DNA of 64,000 nucleotides from Candidatus Omnitrophota bacterium. GTDB lineage: Bacteria > Omnitrophota > Gorgyraeia > Zapsychrales > Fredricksoniimonadaceae. Both the position numbers and the translations under genes were made by a program. The DNA lies in contig JADFYI010000003.1 in NCBI GenBank assembly GCA_015233145.1, forward strand, positions 39,421-103,420, written 5' to 3'. This document shows, piece after piece, positions 47,701 to 57,874 of the stretch (within the stretch, counting starts at the first letter, position 1; the number at the start of each line of letters is the position of its first letter). Below the pieces are notes generated by a model. It had not been told where the DNA came from. It did not search any database and worked only from the letters and a program-made list of their open reading frames with translations.

Positions 47701-48372
47701 ATGAGGATATTGCTTGTTGAGGATGAAAGAAGGTTGTCTTCATTTATTAAAAGAGGGTTAAAAGAAGCCTGTTATGCCGTGGATACTGCGGATAATGGAG
47801 AAGATGCGCTTTTTAAGGCTGAAACCGACTCTTATGATTTGATTGTGCTTGATATTATGATCCCTGGCCGGGACGGCATTGATGTCTGCCGCAGGCTGAG
47901 AAAAGGAAAGAGCGAGGTGCCGATTCTGATGCTGACGGCCCGTGATGATGTGGAGGATAAGATTACAGGATTGGATGCCGGCGCCGATGATTATCTGACA
48001 AAACCGTTTTCTTTTCCCGAATTTTTGGCCCGTGTGAGGGCGTTATTAAGGAGAAAGGCTCCTGAAAGGACAACGCACCTAAGGGTTGCGGATCTGGAGA
48101 TTGATCAGGTGGCGCATAAAGTATTTCGGGGAGGGAAAGAGATCGTTCTTACGGCTACGGAGTATGGCTTGTTGGAGTTTCTTATGCTCCATTCAGGGCA
48201 GGTGGTGACGAGGACCATGATTTCCGAGCATGTTTGGAAGGGCGATTTTGATGCGTTTTCGAATGTGATTAACGTCTACATTAATTATCTCCGCAGGAAA
48301 GTTGATAGCGCGGGGGCTAAAAGACTGATCCACGCCTTGCGCGGTGTCGGATATGTCCTTAAGGAAGAATGA
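47701..48372 (+). CDS. OmpR-family response regulator (CusR/CzcR-like)
   Basis: LLVEDE, LDIMIPG, GADDYLTKPF, NVINVYINYLRRKVD, RGVGY. Confidence 0.95.
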   Translation: MRILLVEDERRLSSFIKRGLKEACYAVDTADNGEDALFKAETDSYDLIVLDIMIPGRDGIDVCRRLRKGKSEVPILMLTARDDVEDKITGLDAGADDYLTKPFSFPEFLARVRALLRRKAPERTTHLRVADLEIDQVAHKVFRGGKEIVLTATEYGLLEFLMLHSGQVVTRTMISEHVWKGDFDAFSNVINVYINYLRRKVDSAGAKRLIHALRGVGYVLKEE

Positions 48373-49835
48373 TTACCAATTCCATCCGATTCAAGACCAG
48401 TATCCTTTATTCAAGCATTTTATTGGTGATTCTCATCTTTTTTAGTACCTACCTTTTTCAGGCTGCCAGGCATATTTTGTACCAGAACATCAATGAGGAG
48501 TTGAATATTAAGGCCGACCAGATCGTGGGGACCATCAATGCTTACGGGGAAGTCACGAATGGCAAGCTTCCAGCCATGTCTCTGGTGAGAGAGTTTCTTT
48601 CGGATGATGTTAAGGTTCCGGTTGCTCAAGGTGTCATTGATAAGCTTTGGGAAAAGCACCGCTGGCTCTTGGGTGCGCACAATGATTTTTTCCGGATTGT
48701 TGATGTTAATGGTGAGGTCATCCTTCAGTCGGAAGACCTGCCGGCCGGTGCAGGTTTTTTGTTGGATCATCTGTTATCAATCCGGGCAGGTGCTGATAAT
48801 TACGCGACTTTGAACATCAATGGAATTCCTTTTCGGGGAATCCGCTATCCTTTCACTTTTAATTATCGTAAACCCTATGTTCTGCAGTTGGTGGTGCCCC
48901 TGACCTCGGTTGAGCACACCATGGCCAAATTGCTGACCGTCATGATCACCGGGATCATTGTTACTCTTTTGCTGTCTCTTTTTATCGGGTCTTTTTTGAC
49001 CCGAAAGATTCTTAAACCCGTGACTGAGGTCACTCTTACGGCCAGCAATATTTCCCAGAAAAACCTGGGTATCAGAATTAAAGACCAGGCGCTCGATCAT
49101 GAAATGCTCCTTCTGGTCGATTCTTTCAATCAGATGATCGACCGCCTGGAAAAATCGTTTGCGCATATTAACGAGTTCAGCTCCCATGTGGCGCATGAAT
49201 TAAAGACGCCCTTGTCCATTATTAAAGGTGAACTGGAGCTTGCTTTATCAGCAGACAACGCCAGGGAAGAGGATCGGCGGGTTATGATGGTGACCTTAGA
49301 GGAGATCGACCGGCTGATCAAGATTATTAAGGATCTGTTATTGCTTGCGAAATTTGATTATAAGCTGAATATTTTTAAGATGGAGCGGATGAATTTGACA
49401 GAGTTTTTGCATGATGTTTGCCGGCATGCCGGAGTGCTGGCGCAGGAAAAGGGTATCCGTTTTAGCCCGTTAATTCCTGAAGAGGAGCTTTGGATTCAGG
49501 GGGATCCGGTTCATTTAAGGAGGTTATTTTTTAATCTGATTCATAATGCTGTCAAATTTACTCCTTCTTGCGGTGAAATCAGCATTATTGTGACGGTTCT
49601 GGAGGGCAAGGGGCGGGTTTCTGTGAAGGATACCGGAGAAGGCATTGCCCCTGCCGACCAAAAGAAGATATTTGAGAAGTTCTACCGTGTCCGCAAAGCA
49701 GGCCATGAGGAAGTGTCGGGCACCGGATTGGGATTGTGCCTGGCCCAGTCGATTGCCAGGGCGCACGGCGGCGATATTGTTTTTGAGAGCGCACCGCAAA
49801 AAGGCTCAACGTTTACTGTCATTTTTCCGCTGTGA
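48369..49835 (+). CDS. Membrane sensor histidine kinase (CusS-like)
   Basis: Two TM helices, HAMP, VAHELKTPL, NLIHNAVKF, GTGLGL. Confidence 0.93.
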   Translation: MITNSIRFKTSILYSSILLVILIFFSTYLFQAARHILYQNINEELNIKADQIVGTINAYGEVTNGKLPAMSLVREFLSDDVKVPVAQGVIDKLWEKHRWLLGAHNDFFRIVDVNGEVILQSEDLPAGAGFLLDHLLSIRAGADNYATLNINGIPFRGIRYPFTFNYRKPYVLQLVVPLTSVEHTMAKLLTVMITGIIVTLLLSLFIGSFLTRKILKPVTEVTLTASNISQKNLGIRIKDQALDHEMLLLVDSFNQMIDRLEKSFAHINEFSSHVAHELKTPLSIIKGELELALSADNAREEDRRVMMVTLEEIDRLIKIIKDLLLLAKFDYKLNIFKMERMNLTEFLHDVCRHAGVLAQEKGIRFSPLIPEEELWIQGDPVHLRRLFFNLIHNAVKFTPSCGEISIIVTVLEGKGRVSVKDTGEGIAPADQKKIFEKFYRVRKAGHEEVSGTGLGLCLAQSIARAHGGDIVFESAPQKGSTFTVIFPL

Positions 49836-49963
49836 TTTCTTTCTGTCTCCTCTCGTTTTCGAAAATATGAAAATTTTAATCTTTCTTTAACCATCTTCTT
49901 AGTTTGGTTTTGTTAAATATGTTGGCAATGGAGTTTAAAACCAGAATAAGAAAGGTGGTATTT

Positions 49964-50491
49964 ATGAGAAGAACATATATCGACAGGATCGCTGAGCATT
50001 ATCAATGCCAGGAGGATGATTTGGATTTGATGATGGGGATGTTTAGCAGGAAGGGTCGATGGAGCCGGCATGATGTCGAGGAGAGTCGGGTGTTTGGCAG
50101 CGCGTCCTCTCGAAGGTTATTAGTGGTTGATGACGAGGCCAGGATCAGGGATACGTATCAAAAGATTTTTTCAAAAAAAGGGTTTGATGTTTTAACAGCA
50201 GCCGACGCGATGAACGCCAAAGACCTTTTGGTCCGCGAGCGGGTCGGGATTGTTTTTCTGGATATCAACATGGCCGAAGTTGATGGCGGGATTTTGTTCG
50301 AGCTGGTGAGGGCTTTTCATCCCGGTGTTAAGGTGGTTGTGTCGAGCGTTTATCCTGTCGAGGAGCAAAAAGAACGGATCAGGGGTGCGGATGCTTATTT
50401 TGACAAATCTGACGGCAAGTACGCTTTATTGAACCTGGTATCTTCTTTAATGGGGAGAGAAGAGGAAGAACATTATGAATTTCCAGACTGA
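49964..50491 (+). CDS. Receiver-domain protein with N-terminal extension
   Basis: LVVDDE, FLDINM, SVYP, YFDK; AAGGTGG SD. Confidence 0.8.
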   Translation: MRRTYIDRIAEHYQCQEDDLDLMMGMFSRKGRWSRHDVEESRVFGSASSRRLLVVDDEARIRDTYQKIFSKKGFDVLTAADAMNAKDLLVRERVGIVFLDINMAEVDGGILFELVRAFHPGVKVVVSSVYPVEEQKERIRGADAYFDKSDGKYALLNLVSSLMGREEEEHYEFPD

Positions 50492-50532
50492 TCTTAAGTA
50501 AGAGTGCCACGGTCAAGTTTGTGGTATCGTCG

Positions 50533-50581
50533 AAAAAGGCGCATTTCCTTAAATATTTTTTATAGGAAATGCGCTTTTTTC
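50533..50581 (+). terminator. Rho-independent terminator
   Basis: AAAAAGGCGCATTTCCT...AGGAAATGCGCTTTTTT. Confidence 0.8.
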
Positions 50582-50716
50582 TTTATAAATCCAGTATTTT
50601 TTTGACCTCAAAATATCTCATTTTCTTATTGTTCAACATATAAAAAACTTCTATTATTAAATTAACATTTCAAACCTATCACTTCATTTATTTTTTGCAG
50701 TCGTAAAAGGCGGCGG

Positions 50717-53700
50717 ATGAAAAAACTTTTTCTTCAGGTTATTTTCCTATCAATCCTGTATATTTTCTTTTCTCCTGCAAATCTTTTTGCCCAGATAGTA
50801 GTTACCGGCGGAGATGCCACTATTGATATCCCGGATGACACCAGCGGCGGGGTTAACTTTCCTGATGCTGTTAACCGGACAGCAACCGTTGTTGACGGGA
50901 AAAATGTCGTTGGAGCGGTAACAACCGGAACCAATAATCAAGGAACAGTCACGGCACAGGGAGACAGCACCTTTTTGGCAAAGGTGGGTGATGTCGGTGC
51001 TGCATTAAAAGCGGTTAATGCCGGGGCTGCTGGCAAGGCGGTAACATTTTCAAATGATGTTTATACGCAAAGCCTGAATATCAGCGGAACAGGCACCGTG
51101 AATTTAGATGGAACTCTTAATGGGGCGGCATCGTTTAAAGCGGATGGCGTATTAAAAGTTGCGGATGGCCAGGATGTGACAGGGCTTGTCACCACGGTCT
51201 TAAATAATAAAGGAACGCTGACGTCTTTAGGGACCAATATGTTTTATGGCCAGGTTGGCGCTTCGGGTTTTGCATTAAAGGCTGTGAATGGCGGCGCGGA
51301 TACCTCGATATCAACATTTGGCAGTGATGTTTATACAAAAAGTTTAAATGTCACAGGCACAGGCGTTGTGGATTTGCTGGGCAATTTGACCGGAGCTACA
51401 AATTTTCAAGATGATGGGACTGTCATGATTGCAGATGGGATGGATATGACAGGCGCTGTCACAACAGATAACACGGGCAAAGGGGCCTTAACGTCGAAGG
51501 GCACGAATACGATTTCAGGGCAGATTGGCGCCAGTGCCGCGCAATTAAATACTGTGAATGGCGGGTACATTGGAAAAACCTCAACTTTCTCAGGAGATAT
51601 TTATGCCCAGACTCTTAACGTGACGCAGACCGGTACGGTTGCGTTAGGAGGGAATTTGAATGGGGCTGCGGTGTTTAATGGTGATGGCACAATAACAGTA
51701 GCGGATACCAAACAGATTGCAGGAACCGTGACAACGGCCGCTGATAACACCGGGACTTTGACATCTTTAGGAACGAACACTTTTTCATCAGTTGGCGCGT
51801 CAGGCAAGGCTTTAAATGTTGTTAACGGCGGCGCCTCAAGCGCAACATCCACTTTTTCAGGCAATGTTTTTGCAACGACTTTGAATGTTACTGGCACAGG
51901 AACCGTGGCCTTAGGCGGGGATTTAAATGGCGCGGCAGCATTTAACGCGGATGGTGTCTTATCCATAGGTGCTGGAACAATTACCGGGGCAGTAACAACA
52001 GCGACAACAGATACCGGCACATTAACTTCAACAGGGTCAAGCACGGTTTCAGGCCAGGTGGGCTTATTGGGGACGGTGTTAAAGGCTGTGAATGGCGGTG
52101 TGGCCGGGGCAACATCAACTTTTTCAAGTGATATTTATGCCACCAATTTAAATGTGACAGGAACCGGAACCGTGGCCTTGGCTGGGACTTTAAATGGTGC
52201 AGCTGTTTTTGGCGGTGATGGAACACTGACAGTGGCAGACTCGAAAGCTATCACTGGTACGGTCACAACAGGCACGAATAATACCGGGACGTTGACATTG
52301 TCAGGATCAAATTCATTTGCTGGGCTTGTGGGCGCGGCTAATTTTGCGTTAAAGGCTGTGAACGGCGGTGCGAATACCGCAACAACAACTTTCTTGAGTG
52401 ATGTGTATGCCCAGAGTTTGAATATTACAGGTACCGGGACCGTGGCTTTGGGAGGGAATTTGACAGGGACTGCGACATTCAACGACGATGGTTTATTGAC
52501 AGTGGCCGACGCCAAAGACATTTCCGGGGCTGTCACCACAGCGGTGAATAATGACGGGACGCTGACTTTATTGGGCACTAATACTGTTTCAGGGCAGGTG
52601 GGGACCGCCACGAACGCTCTTAATGCCGTGAACGCGGGGGTTAATGGGACTGTATCAATATTTTCCGGTGATGTTTACGCGCAGAATTTTAATGTTACGG
52701 GCACAGGGAATGTTTGGCTTCACGGAGCTTTGAATGCCCCTCTTGTTTATCAGGGAGACGGCGGCGTGACGCTTGATAACGCGTCGGGCAATGGCCTTAC
52801 GGCGACTATTGGGCAGGTTGTCAATAGTACAGGGTCAGATACCCAGGGAATTTTAAATTTTTCCGGTGTTCAGAGAACCGGCGGAACGATTGGGATTGTT
52901 GGCGGCCAGGACCTGCGGGCGATTAATATAACAAATGGGACATTGTTTTTAGCGCATGATATTGCGGCAGGTGTTATTACAGCAGACCAAAACGCGGGTT
53001 TTGTTTTGGTGGGCAACAGGACCATCCAGAGGGGAGATGTTAGCCTTGGCCATGCCTCTGGCGGCGGCGGGATTGCCCTGGAAAATAATTTATTAACCAT
53101 TTCTAACGGGAATTTGACAGCCGATGCCGGGTCCACTATTTTATTGAATGCCAACAGCAGCTCAGATTACGGCCGAATCAAATTAACGGCGGGTGATGCA
53201 AGCATTGCTTCGGGCGCTACAATTAATCTCAATATCGGCGGGTATGTCCGTAATGGCTCGGTGCTCAAGATTGTGGATGGCGTTGCAGGGTCTGGTGTTG
53301 CGCCGAATGTCAACGTTGTGGATAACAGTTCAATTTTGCAGTTTATGAGTGACGCCAGTTCAGGCCCTGACCTTAACATTACCGCAACAGCCAATTATGA
53401 TCCTGTCAATATTGGAGGAAGCACTCAAGCTGCAGGAAAGGCGCTCGCAACAGTTGATGCCCGCGGCCCAAGCGCGGATATGCAAAAAGTTTTTGATTCT
53501 TTATATTCATTATCTTCTGCGTCACAGGTTTCAGGCGCGGTCAAACAGATGGTTCCTCTTGAAAAGTCTGTTGTCATGTCCACGACTCATGATTTGGCGT
53601 CAGGAGGAATGCAGGCCATAGCATCTCACCTGGTGACAGCCAGGAATGGCGGACAGGCTCCTGTCAATCGAATGGATTTGATTAATTCATCGTTGGATCA

Positions 53701-54625
53701 GGTTGAAGGCGCTTCCCAGAATTCGGACTCATCAGGATATTCTTCAAATTCAGACTCATCAGGCTTTTCTTCCGGGGAAGCTTCTTCAGACCTCGCGTTA
53801 TGGGCCAAAGCTTTTGGCACAACGGCTCATCAGGATTCGAGCCAGACTGTGCCGGGTTACAAGGCCCTTGGGTCTGGCGTTATTTTAGGGGCAGATCTTT
53901 TGAAAACAGATATTGCTATTATGGGCCTGGCCGCAGGGTATGCCTTTTCTGTGATTGATGCGGAGCAGTCTAATATGCATCCTTTAGATATAAAACATTT
54001 CCCTGTGGTCTTATATGCCGAGTTTAATCAGGATGGGCCGTGGCGGGTGGATGCTTCAGTGTCCGGAGCCTTGAACACTTATTCTGAGCGCCGCATGATA
54101 GATTTTGGATCCATTCATCGTACGGCAAGGGCCTATTATGATGGCCAGCAGTATAATGCCCATATTGAGGCCGCTTATCCTATGCGTGGGGAAGAGTCTA
54201 TAACTATGGTTCCGTCAGCCTTTTTGGATTATGGACGGACATATTTTTCAGGATATACTGAGCAGGGAGCAGGGGATTTGGATCTGAACGTCAAAGCCCA
54301 GGACTATAGTCAATTCAGGCCGGGCCTGGGGTTAGCCATGTCTTCTTCCTGGAATGCGGATGATGTTGTTGTGACACCCCAGATATACGCCAAATGGAGT
54401 TATGATTTGATTGAGCAGGATGTCCAGACAGTCGCGGCTTTTAATGGCACAGGCGTATATTTTAATACTCAGGAAATCAGGATGCCTCGAGAAACCTGGA
54501 ATGGCGGGTTGTCCTGCGGGTTTAGTTTCCCGAGGAGCACTAGCATTGAGTTGACGTATGATGCTGAAATCAAGAAGGGGTATCTGGCCCATTATGTCAG
54601 CGCACTGGTTAAGCGCAGGTTTTAA
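50717..54625 (+). CDS. Autotransporter with tandem ~90-aa passenger repeats
   Basis: Signal peptide; seven repeats; barrel from LWAKAFG, YTEQGAG, terminal F. Confidence 0.92.
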   Translation: MKKLFLQVIFLSILYIFFSPANLFAQIVVTGGDATIDIPDDTSGGVNFPDAVNRTATVVDGKNVVGAVTTGTNNQGTVTAQGDSTFLAKVGDVGAALKAVNAGAAGKAVTFSNDVYTQSLNISGTGTVNLDGTLNGAASFKADGVLKVADGQDVTGLVTTVLNNKGTLTSLGTNMFYGQVGASGFALKAVNGGADTSISTFGSDVYTKSLNVTGTGVVDLLGNLTGATNFQDDGTVMIADGMDMTGAVTTDNTGKGALTSKGTNTISGQIGASAAQLNTVNGGYIGKTSTFSGDIYAQTLNVTQTGTVALGGNLNGAAVFNGDGTITVADTKQIAGTVTTAADNTGTLTSLGTNTFSSVGASGKALNVVNGGASSATSTFSGNVFATTLNVTGTGTVALGGDLNGAAAFNADGVLSIGAGTITGAVTTATTDTGTLTSTGSSTVSGQVGLLGTVLKAVNGGVAGATSTFSSDIYATNLNVTGTGTVALAGTLNGAAVFGGDGTLTVADSKAITGTVTTGTNNTGTLTLSGSNSFAGLVGAANFALKAVNGGANTATTTFLSDVYAQSLNITGTGTVALGGNLTGTATFNDDGLLTVADAKDISGAVTTAVNNDGTLTLLGTNTVSGQVGTATNALNAVNAGVNGTVSIFSGDVYAQNFNVTGTGNVWLHGALNAPLVYQGDGGVTLDNASGNGLTATIGQVVNSTGSDTQGILNFSGVQRTGGTIGIVGGQDLRAINITNGTLFLAHDIAAGVITADQNAGFVLVGNRTIQRGDVSLGHASGGGGIALENNLLTISNGNLTADAGSTILLNANSSSDYGRIKLTAGDASIASGATINLNIGGYVRNGSVLKIVDGVAGSGVAPNVNVVDNSSILQFMSDASSGPDLNITATANYDPVNIGGSTQAAGKALATVDARGPSADMQKVFDSLYSLSSASQVSGAVKQMVPLEKSVVMSTTHDLASGGMQAIASHLVTARNGGQAPVNRMDLINSSLDQVEGASQNSDSSGYSSNSDSSGFSSGEASSDLALWAKAFGTTAHQDSSQTVPGYKALGSGVILGADLLKTDIAIMGLAAGYAFSVIDAEQSNMHPLDIKHFPVVLYAEFNQDGPWRVDASVSGALNTYSERRMIDFGSIHRTARAYYDGQQYNAHIEAAYPMRGEESITMVPSAFLDYGRTYFSGYTEQGAGDLDLNVKAQDYSQFRPGLGLAMSSSWNADDVVVTPQIYAKWSYDLIEQDVQTVAAFNGTGVYFNTQEIRMPRETWNGGLSCGFSFPRSTSIELTYDAEIKKGYLAHYVSALVKRRF

Positions 54626-54629
54626 TTCG

Positions 54630-55508
54630 GTGTTGGGCTTCACAAAAACAAGCCGGACAGTTGTTCTTGTCCGGTTTTTCTTTTTTGTCATTTTCTGTTT
54701 TTCTTTTGTCAGGGCCTACTCAGAAGAATTCCCCCGTTATAGTTTTGATCGTTTTGCCCAAAGCCATAAATTGACGCGGATGGTTATCGTGACAAAAGAT
54801 TTCCCTCTTTTGGCTTATATTCGCGTGAAAGCTCCTGGAGGGATGCTTCGTATTTATATGGAAGGCGACGGCCTGGCGTGGAGGAGCCGGCGGGAGATTT
54901 CCGATGACCCGACTCCGCATGATAACATGGTTTTAAGGCTTGCTGCGCTTGACAGCGCGGCCAATGTCGCCTATCTTGCAAGGCCCTGCCAGTTTGTGAA
55001 AGGCGCAAAACTTTGCGGCAATAAGGCGTACTGGTCAGACAAAAGGTTTGCGCCTGATGTGATTGAGGCCATGGATGAGGCTGTCACACGGCTTAAAGAA
55101 AAGGCTTTGTCGCCGGATATTGAGCTCGTTGGATTTTCCGGAGGTGGCGCTGTCGCCGCATTGGTGGCCCGGCAGCGGGGAGATGTCCTCGCGTTAAGGA
55201 CCATTGCCGGGAATCTTGACCATGAGGCCTTTAATGAATACCATCACACGAGTTTCCTTAAAGATTCGTTAAATCCTCTGGATTTTGTCCAGGAACTTGT
55301 GGAAATTCCCCAAAGGCATTTTTCCTGCCGCAATGACCGTGTTGTCCCGGCGTTGGTTATTAAAAATTTTCTGAAAGCCGAAGGCGATAGCAATTTCCAG
55401 GCCTTAACTCTCATCGACCATTGCTCCCATAATAAGGGCTGGGATAAGGTATGGCCGCAGTTATTGTCGTTGCCTCTTTATAATCTTAAGGCTCAAAATC
55501 AGAAATAA
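54630..55508 (+). CDS. Exported alpha/beta hydrolase (start uncertain)
   Basis: IYMEGDGLAW, DPTP, YLARPCQ, GFSGGG nucleophile elbow, AGNLD, terminal H..GW. Confidence 0.85.
   Translation: MLGFTKTSRTVVLVRFFFFVIFCFSFVRAYSEEFPRYSFDRFAQSHKLTRMVIVTKDFPLLAYIRVKAPGGMLRIYMEGDGLAWRSRREISDDPTPHDNMVLRLAALDSAANVAYLARPCQFVKGAKLCGNKAYWSDKRFAPDVIEAMDEAVTRLKEKALSPDIELVGFSGGGAVAALVARQRGDVLALRTIAGNLDHEAFNEYHHTSFLKDSLNPLDFVQELVEIPQRHFSCRNDRVVPALVIKNFLKAEGDSNFQALTLIDHCSHNKGWDKVWPQLLSLPLYNLKAQNQK
54645..54687 (+). terminator. Terminator-like hairpin after the autotransporter
   Basis: AGCCGGACA-gttgttct-TGTCCGGTT followed by a long T tract. Confidence 0.65.
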
Positions 55509-57803
55509 TTATTTTTGGGGCAGGGTGTGAGGGATGAAGGCAACCTTTTTCTCAAGCATGGCTTCCCGTTTTTCCTCGTATTCTTTCTGGTGGCCGGTGT
55601 CCAGATACAACTGGGCCAGGGCGCTATTCGCCGTCGGGTTTAATGGATTGATCGTAATGGCTTTTTCATATTCCTGCCGTGCTTTTTCATAATCATTTTT
55701 TAAATAATAAATATGCCCAAGCCCGATATGCCCGTAGCAGTGGTTGGGGTCGATTTGCACGGCTTTTGAGTAAAACGTCTGAGCCCCGTTCATATCACCG
55801 CTTCGAAAAAGTGTCTGCCCGAGGTTGAAGTTAAGGCCGGCGTCGTTGGGGGACATTGTCAGGGCCTTTTGATAGTCGCCAATGCTTTCCGTAAAACGCT
55901 TGTGGTCGCTGTAAAGGTTGGCGCGGTTGGAATAATACTGGGCGTTTTTGGGAGCCATGGCTATGGCCTCGTTGTAGTCGGTTAAGGCCTTGAGGAAATG
56001 TTTCTGATCGTGGAAAAAGAATGCCCGTTTTTCATAATTTTCAGGATTGCGGGGATTAAGTTCAATGGCGCGGGTATAGTCGAGAATGGCTTTCTCATAT
56101 TCTTTTGTTTCGTTATAGGCATCGGCTCTGCTGCGGTAAACATCGTCGGATTTTGGATGGATTTTAAGGAATTTGTTGAGGTCCTTAATGGCCTTGTCAT
56201 AATCTTTCTGTTGGACATAGAACGCTGCGCGGTTTTGATACGAGCTTGCATACTCAGGGCAGAGGGTGATGGCCTTGTTAAGGTCATCTAAGGCTTTGGC
56301 CATGTCATTATGCGCCATATGAATGACCGCGCGGTTGCTCAAGGCCTTGCATTCCCGGGGAGCAATGTCAAGGGCGAGGTTAAGTTCTGTGAGGCAGTTG
56401 TCATAATCTTTTTTAAGGCAGTAAGCGCTTCCCAAATTAAGGTGCGGGGAGTGCTTTTCAGGTGATTTTTTGACGACGTCCTGCCAGAGGGCAATGTCTG
56501 TTTTCCAAACTTCATTGCGTGCAAAAGTTGTTGCCGCAAGAATAAAAGCCGCAAAGACTGTTGCCGCGGCTTTTAGCCAGGTATTTTTGTTGTTCTGGAA
56601 AAGAAGAGCCAGGGCCGACCAATAGATTCCAATACCGGCCAGATAGGCCTTGTGTTCAAAAATAACAAACATCCGCGGCACAAGGTTGGCGCACAGGGTA
56701 ATAAAAAACCACCAGATGCCGAAAGAAACAAGGATGTTTTTTCGTCGGATTTGAAAAGAGAACCAGAGCAGAAAAGACAAGACCAGGAAACTCAAGAAAG
56801 TGGTGATGGGTTCAAACAGGCTTATAGATTTTCGAAAGTCATAATCAATGTTCTGGCCTGCAGGGATAAAAATAAGGCGCAGGAATGTGGCAAAAACCCT
56901 GAGCTGTGTCAGAAGGTATTCATGGAAATAAATCATTTCATTCTCGTGGCTTGCAGAGTGGATGGGGTGGCCCAGCCCGAGGATATCAAAAGAGAAGAAT
57001 GCCGGGACAATTAAAAAAAGGCCTGCAGCCGAAAAGATAAGCAGCCAGGGGATTTTTTTTCTCAAGGAAGGAATCGTACGAAAGAATGCGAATTCAATTA
57101 CAATAACCATCACAGGCAGCGTAATGACGGTTTCTTTGCTTAACATCCCTGCGATGGCCGAGACAAGCGACCCGGCAAAAAAGATAAAACGCAGGCTGTT
57201 TTTTTCACAAAGACGCGCCTGGATAAAAAAGAAGACAGCGCCTACGTAAAACATGGCAGCCATGGATTCAAAACGCTGGGTAATGTAAGTGACGGCCTGG
57301 GTGTTCACCGGGTGGATGAAAAAAATAAGGGCTGCCAGGAAAGGCAACAGGAAACGGGTTTCCAGAGAAATGAGGGCATCGTCTTTCAGGCGAGGCGTTT
57401 TAAACAGGGAATAACCGGTTGCCCAAACCAGGCATGTTGTTAAAAGGTGGATTAAGAAATTCACAAGGTGATATCCGAAGACATCAAGCCCGTTAAAGTG
57501 ATAATTTAAGGCAAATGTAAAAAAAGTAAGATACCGGGCATGGGTAGAGATCACACCTTGCCCCATTTCCCAAAGGCTTGAAATTTTTCGAATGCTCGGG
57601 TTTTGTACGATAAAAGGGACATCATCCAGATGAAATTCGGAATAAAACGTATGGGAGTAAGCCAGTATTCCCAGAATAACCATTCCCAGCGCTCCCAGGA
57701 TTACGGTTTGGCGCGAGGGGGTCCATACTGCACGGCCAGGCCTTTTGGAAGAGGCAGGGGCATCAGGTTTGGTTTTCTTTATTGAAGAGTTCTTTTTTGA
57801 CAT
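55509..57803 (-). CDS. TMTC-like GT-C membrane protein with C-terminal TPR array
   Basis: FHLDD..I..NP, YHLVN..IH, HPVNTQAVTYI.QR, LSKE, EHKAYL, RNEVW, followed by many TPRs. Confidence 0.9.
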   Translation of the reverse strand: MSKKNSSIKKTKPDAPASSKRPGRAVWTPSRQTVILGALGMVILGILAYSHTFYSEFHLDDVPFIVQNPSIRKISSLWEMGQGVISTHARYLTFFTFALNYHFNGLDVFGYHLVNFLIHLLTTCLVWATGYSLFKTPRLKDDALISLETRFLLPFLAALIFFIHPVNTQAVTYITQRFESMAAMFYVGAVFFFIQARLCEKNSLRFIFFAGSLVSAIAGMLSKETVITLPVMVIVIEFAFFRTIPSLRKKIPWLLIFSAAGLFLIVPAFFSFDILGLGHPIHSASHENEMIYFHEYLLTQLRVFATFLRLIFIPAGQNIDYDFRKSISLFEPITTFLSFLVLSFLLWFSFQIRRKNILVSFGIWWFFITLCANLVPRMFVIFEHKAYLAGIGIYWSALALLFQNNKNTWLKAAATVFAAFILAATTFARNEVWKTDIALWQDVVKKSPEKHSPHLNLGSAYCLKKDYDNCLTELNLALDIAPRECKALSNRAVIHMAHNDMAKALDDLNKAITLCPEYASSYQNRAAFYVQQKDYDKAIKDLNKFLKIHPKSDDVYRSRADAYNETKEYEKAILDYTRAIELNPRNPENYEKRAFFFHDQKHFLKALTDYNEAIAMAPKNAQYYSNRANLYSDHKRFTESIGDYQKALTMSPNDAGLNFNLGQTLFRSGDMNGAQTFYSKAVQIDPNHCYGHIGLGHIYYLKNDYEKARQEYEKAITINPLNPTANSALAQLYLDTGHQKEYEEKREAMLEKKVAFIPHTLPQK

Positions 57804-57874
57804 GCAAAGTATTATAACAAATGTATAATTGGATAGGATTTCAATCCGGTTTTTTCATCAGAAAAGAAAAAGGC

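Noticed and set aside
50850-52760. DGR template/variable repeat pair in the adhesin repeats or in the 32-36 kb duplication
   Set aside because: No reverse transcriptase, and the differences do not appear restricted to adenines.
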